The position numbers and the translations under genes are program-made. A stretch of 20,000 bases of DNA from an uncultured virus (IMG/VR IMGVR_UViG_3300042691_052636) (Duplodnaviria; Heunggongvirae; Uroviricota; Caudoviricetes): IMG/VR virus record IMGVR_UViG_3300042691_052636, one strand, 5' to 3'. Shown piece by piece: positions 17,476-20,000 of this stretch (position 1 is the stretch's first letter; each line of letters begins with the position of its first letter). The notes under the pieces are model-generated. The model was not told the origin of the DNA, did no database searches, and was given only the letters and a program-made list of their open reading frames with translations.

Positions 17476-18516
17476 ATGGAACATATGGACAAAAATTTAG
17501 AAAGAAATTTACTTGACGAGCTAAGTAAAAAAGAATCGAATTCCAAGTTTGAATATGATGAGGATCAAGATGTTGAGAATTTTGAAATCCCAAATTGGAT
17601 TCCAGAAAAACCACAATCTAATGCTCGGGAAACAGTTACAAATCCACCTAGTAATAATCTAGGAAAAGTAAACAGGGTTCCTTTGGGAATGGAATCGGAG
17701 TGGAAAAATCTTCCACCACAAACATTACCATCAAAAGGTTTTGGCTATCCTGAAGGATTTGAAATCGCAATCAAATCAGCATCTGTTTCTGAAATCAGAC
17801 ATTTTTCAACAGTAGATGATTCCGATAGAATTGATTTAGATGACAAATTAAATACTATAATTAAGAAGTGTATGAGAATCCGCTGGAATGGCGGTGTTCT
17901 AGACCATTATGATCTTTGGTACGAGGATAGATTCTTTCTAATAATGTCAATAAGAGATTTAACATTTCTAAAAGGAGAGAATAGAATTCTTTTACCTGTT
18001 TCTAAAAATTGCACAAAACAAGAGTGTCAAGTTCCAGACCAAATAGAGCTTAAATCCAATCTTTTAGATAGTTTTATAATTGATCAAGAGATTGTAAAAA
18101 GATATGATGGAGATTCTTTCTCTTTTAAATTCATTCCAAAAGATGGAAGCCCAGAAATGAATTTGTATATCCCTACAGTTGGTGTTACCACTATTTGTAG
18201 AAAAATTATAGCAGAAAAGAAAGCTAAAGGAAAGAAATTCGATCCAAGTTTTGCAAACATTGCAACATTCATTATTCCAGATTGGAGAGCATTAGACGAA
18301 CGTCTTTACGATCAATACGAAAGAGCTTCTTTAGAATGGACACCTTTACAATTTTCGATTGCTGACCAAATAAGTCAAAAAATCAATTTTGCCACCAAGT
18401 CTAGAATTTATACCAACTGTGAAAGCTGTGGCGGGGAGGTCACAGCAGAAATATCCTTTCCCGGAGGATACAGATCCCTTTTCGTTATTTCAAATATCTT
18501 TGACCAATTACTTTGA
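17476..18516 (+). CDS. Baseplate hub / tail assembly chaperone, T4 gp26-like
   Basis: LPSKGFGYP, DLWYEDRFFLIMSIRDLT, Cys pairs CTKQEC and CESCG, and C-terminal GYRSLF resemble gp26-like proteins. Located downstream of the tube genes. Confidence 0.7.
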   Translation: MEHMDKNLERNLLDELSKKESNSKFEYDEDQDVENFEIPNWIPEKPQSNARETVTNPPSNNLGKVNRVPLGMESEWKNLPPQTLPSKGFGYPEGFEIAIKSASVSEIRHFSTVDDSDRIDLDDKLNTIIKKCMRIRWNGGVLDHYDLWYEDRFFLIMSIRDLTFLKGENRILLPVSKNCTKQECQVPDQIELKSNLLDSFIIDQEIVKRYDGDSFSFKFIPKDGSPEMNLYIPTVGVTTICRKIIAEKKAKGKKFDPSFANIATFIIPDWRALDERLYDQYERASLEWTPLQFSIADQISQKINFATKSRIYTNCESCGGEVTAEISFPGGYRSLFVISNIFDQLL

Positions 18517-18694
18517 GATAAAATTCAGACTTTGGGAAGAGTTTAAGGTTTCTATTGATACTCTAGAAAATCTACCTTTTTATGAATATCAGATGTATAT
18601 AGACATGCTGAATAAAAAGATAGAAGACCAAAATCAAAAGAATGCACAAGGAGATTTGGTTGAGGCATTCTCTTTTAGTAAGCCAAAAAGCTGA
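18479..18694 (+). CDS. Small gp51-like / tail chaperone 'T' segment, probably expressed by frameshift from the upstream gene (alternative: TTG start at 18500)
   Basis: SLTNYFEIKFRLWEEFKVSIDTLENLPFYEYQMYIDML matches the small ORF that follows gp26 in T4-like phages (SLENYY..NF.L.....SL.E.ENM.PWER..Y..LL). It lies in the +1 frame overlapping the gp26-like 3' end, and the first in-frame ATG is deep inside the conserved region. Confidence 0.7.
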   Translation, partial: FSLFQISLTNYFEIKFRLWEEFKVSIDTLENLPFYEYQMYIDMLNKKIEDQNQKNAQGDLVEAFSFSKPKS

Positions 18695-18709
18695 AAACCT
18701 GTGAGATCG

Positions 18710-18717
18710 GGTATATA
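18710..18717 (+). promoter_or_regulatory. Variant late promoter GGTATATA
   Basis: One-mismatch motif copy in the gap 16 nt before the TTG start at 18734. Confidence 0.4.
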
Positions 18718-18733
18718 ATGTAAAAGAAACATC

Positions 18734-20000
18734 TTGGCTGAAGAAAACTTACCTATTTTTAAATCCGAGGGAGAAGCCTTTGATCGTGCTAAAATAAATG
18801 CAGAAATTCGATCAGGAAATACCGGTGCAGTCACTCCAGAAATAGGAGATAGTATGAGGGCAGCAGAAAAGGCTACTACTCAGGCTAAATCTTTTTATGA
18901 TCAGGTTTACAATGACGAATTGAAAGCTTTAGATCCTGCTTATGATAAGAATGATCCTTTCTATCAATATGCTTATGCAAGTACAAGTTCGGATAAAAAA
19001 GACATTCAAGAAAAGATAGAAGAAGGTCAAGCAGTTGATGGAAAAGAAATTGTTCCAATGGCTAAACAGGCAGCAGGAACTAAAGTAGGTAATGCAAAGG
19101 CACTAAAATCTGGTACAGTTACACAAATAGCTGAACAAATTGGGATTAAGGAAATTAAAAGTATGGAGGAATTTGATACAGTTTCTTCAGATTTTAATTC
19201 TAAAACTAAGGACGAAAGTCTAAAATTTGAAACACTTCTAAGTGCTTTTTCCAGAATAATTGGACAGCTAAATGAGGGATTGGGAATAGGTGCTAAACTA
19301 CCAAAGGAAACAGAACTCAAAAACAACGCGATCATATCAGCTTTAGCTAAAATCTTATCAGCTGAAGGAATTAAGAACGAGTCCATTTCCAAAATGGCAG
19401 AAAGGTATGATGAAAATTTAAAAAATCTAATCAACAGTAAGCAGACTGGGATAGAGGGAATTAAACAGGAAGAAAAGAAACCAGAAAAGACTGAGCCTAC
19501 AGCAGAAGTTAAATCTCAAGAGCAAAAAATCGAGGCGGCAATTCAACCAGAAAAATCCCCCGCTGGAGAGGCAACTACACCTGCAATAGCAGAAACAGTA
19601 CAGACTGAGCAAACCATAGCTACTCCAACAGAAACTGGTGCTATAGAATCTGCAACCCCAGGTAATGAAACTGCTGAAAATAAAGAGGTAGGTTCAGTTG
19701 CAGAACAATCAACAACACAGATCCAAAGTGCAACTGAAGGGACAACACCAGAAAACAAGGAAGCTACATCTGGCACAAATGAAAGTGTAGCTGTTACCCA
19801 GGAGCAAAAAATCGAGACCCCCACAGCAGAAACGAAAACTGAAACTGCCACTGCAACTGGTGAAACTGCTGGGACAAAAACTCAAACGGGAATAGAAGGT
19901 AATGCCTCACAAGAACAACCTGCTAAAGGGAGTTCTAGAGGATCTGAATTTTTAAAATCTATTTTCGGGGTATCTGCTGGGGAAACAGCAGAAACAGGAA
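18734..20000 (+). CDS. Long ORF running off the window; candidate tape-measure or hub-associated protein with a T/E/A/P-rich low-complexity region
   Basis: Not in the ORF track. Frame is open from TTG 18734 (MAEENLPIFKSEGEAFDRAKINAEIRSG...) to 20000 (422 codons), with in-frame TAA just upstream at 18716. The function call rests only on its position after the tube and chaperone genes. Confidence 0.65.
   Translation, partial: MAEENLPIFKSEGEAFDRAKINAEIRSGNTGAVTPEIGDSMRAAEKATTQAKSFYDQVYNDELKALDPAYDKNDPFYQYAYASTSSDKKDIQEKIEEGQAVDGKEIVPMAKQAAGTKVGNAKALKSGTVTQIAEQIGIKEIKSMEEFDTVSSDFNSKTKDESLKFETLLSAFSRIIGQLNEGLGIGAKLPKETELKNNAIISALAKILSAEGIKNESISKMAERYDENLKNLINSKQTGIEGIKQEEKKPEKTEPTAEVKSQEQKIEAAIQPEKSPAGEATTPAIAETVQTEQTIATPTETGAIESATPGNETAENKEVGSVAEQSTTQIQSATEGTTPENKEATSGTNESVAVTQEQKIETPTAETKTETATATGETAGTKTQTGIEGNASQEQPAKGSSRGSEFLKSIFGVSAGETAETG

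Noticed and set aside
18389..18478. TTG start at 18389 for the 101-aa ORF
   Set aside because: It lies deep inside the gp26-like gene, and the translation looks like off-frame sequence until about SLFQISLTNY.
18514..18546. Stop-codon readthrough of the gp26-like TGA
   Set aside because: The zero frame hits TAA after nine codons; the conserved-looking continuation is in the +1 frame.
314..19851. Short opposite-strand ORFs in the track (e.g. 314-661, 3715-3957, 8592-8840, 12551-12793, 15174-15464, 19027-19434, 19543-19851)
   Set aside because: They are antisense shadows of well-supported genes, with no motifs or upstream signals.
1..20000. Alternative genetic code (TAG/TGA recoding as in Lak or some crAss-like phages); no called gene ends in TAG
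   Set aside because: All long structural ORFs are intact under code 11 with no in-frame TAG/TGA breaks, and TGA ends several genes at sensible positions. Absence of TAG stops is uninformative in a small AT-rich gene set.
1..20000. CRISPR array, tRNA or rRNA genes
   Set aside because: Intergenic gaps are all under 180 nt, and no regular repeat-spacer or cloverleaf pattern was seen.

Overview
AT-rich segment of a large T4-superfamily-like (probably jumbo) myophage genome, with no evidence of stop-codon recoding. It contains the end of a replication/recombination block: gp41-like helicase, a probable gp33-like late-transcription coactivator, and gp47/Mre11 plus gp46/Rad50. A morphogenesis block follows: gp15-like tail terminator, a greatly enlarged gp14-like neck protein, small and large terminase, a 1131-aa tail sheath, two paralogous tail tube genes, a gp26-like/gp51-like pair and a long open-ended ORF in the tape-measure position. 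A free-standing Hef-like endonuclease gene sits antisense between sheath and tube. Main non-obvious signals: (1) a probable programmed frameshift (net +1, i.e. +1 or -2) joining the gp26-like gene to an overlapping ORF with no usable ATG, in the classic tail-chaperone G/GT position; (2) a recurring intergenic (G/A)ATATATA motif that looks like a phage-specific late promoter, used on both strands and embedded in hairpins; (3) a nuclease plus Mom/GNAT-like fusion with a possible insertion scar; (4) a neck protein with large accessory domains. All protein assignments come from motif recognition and synteny, not database searches.
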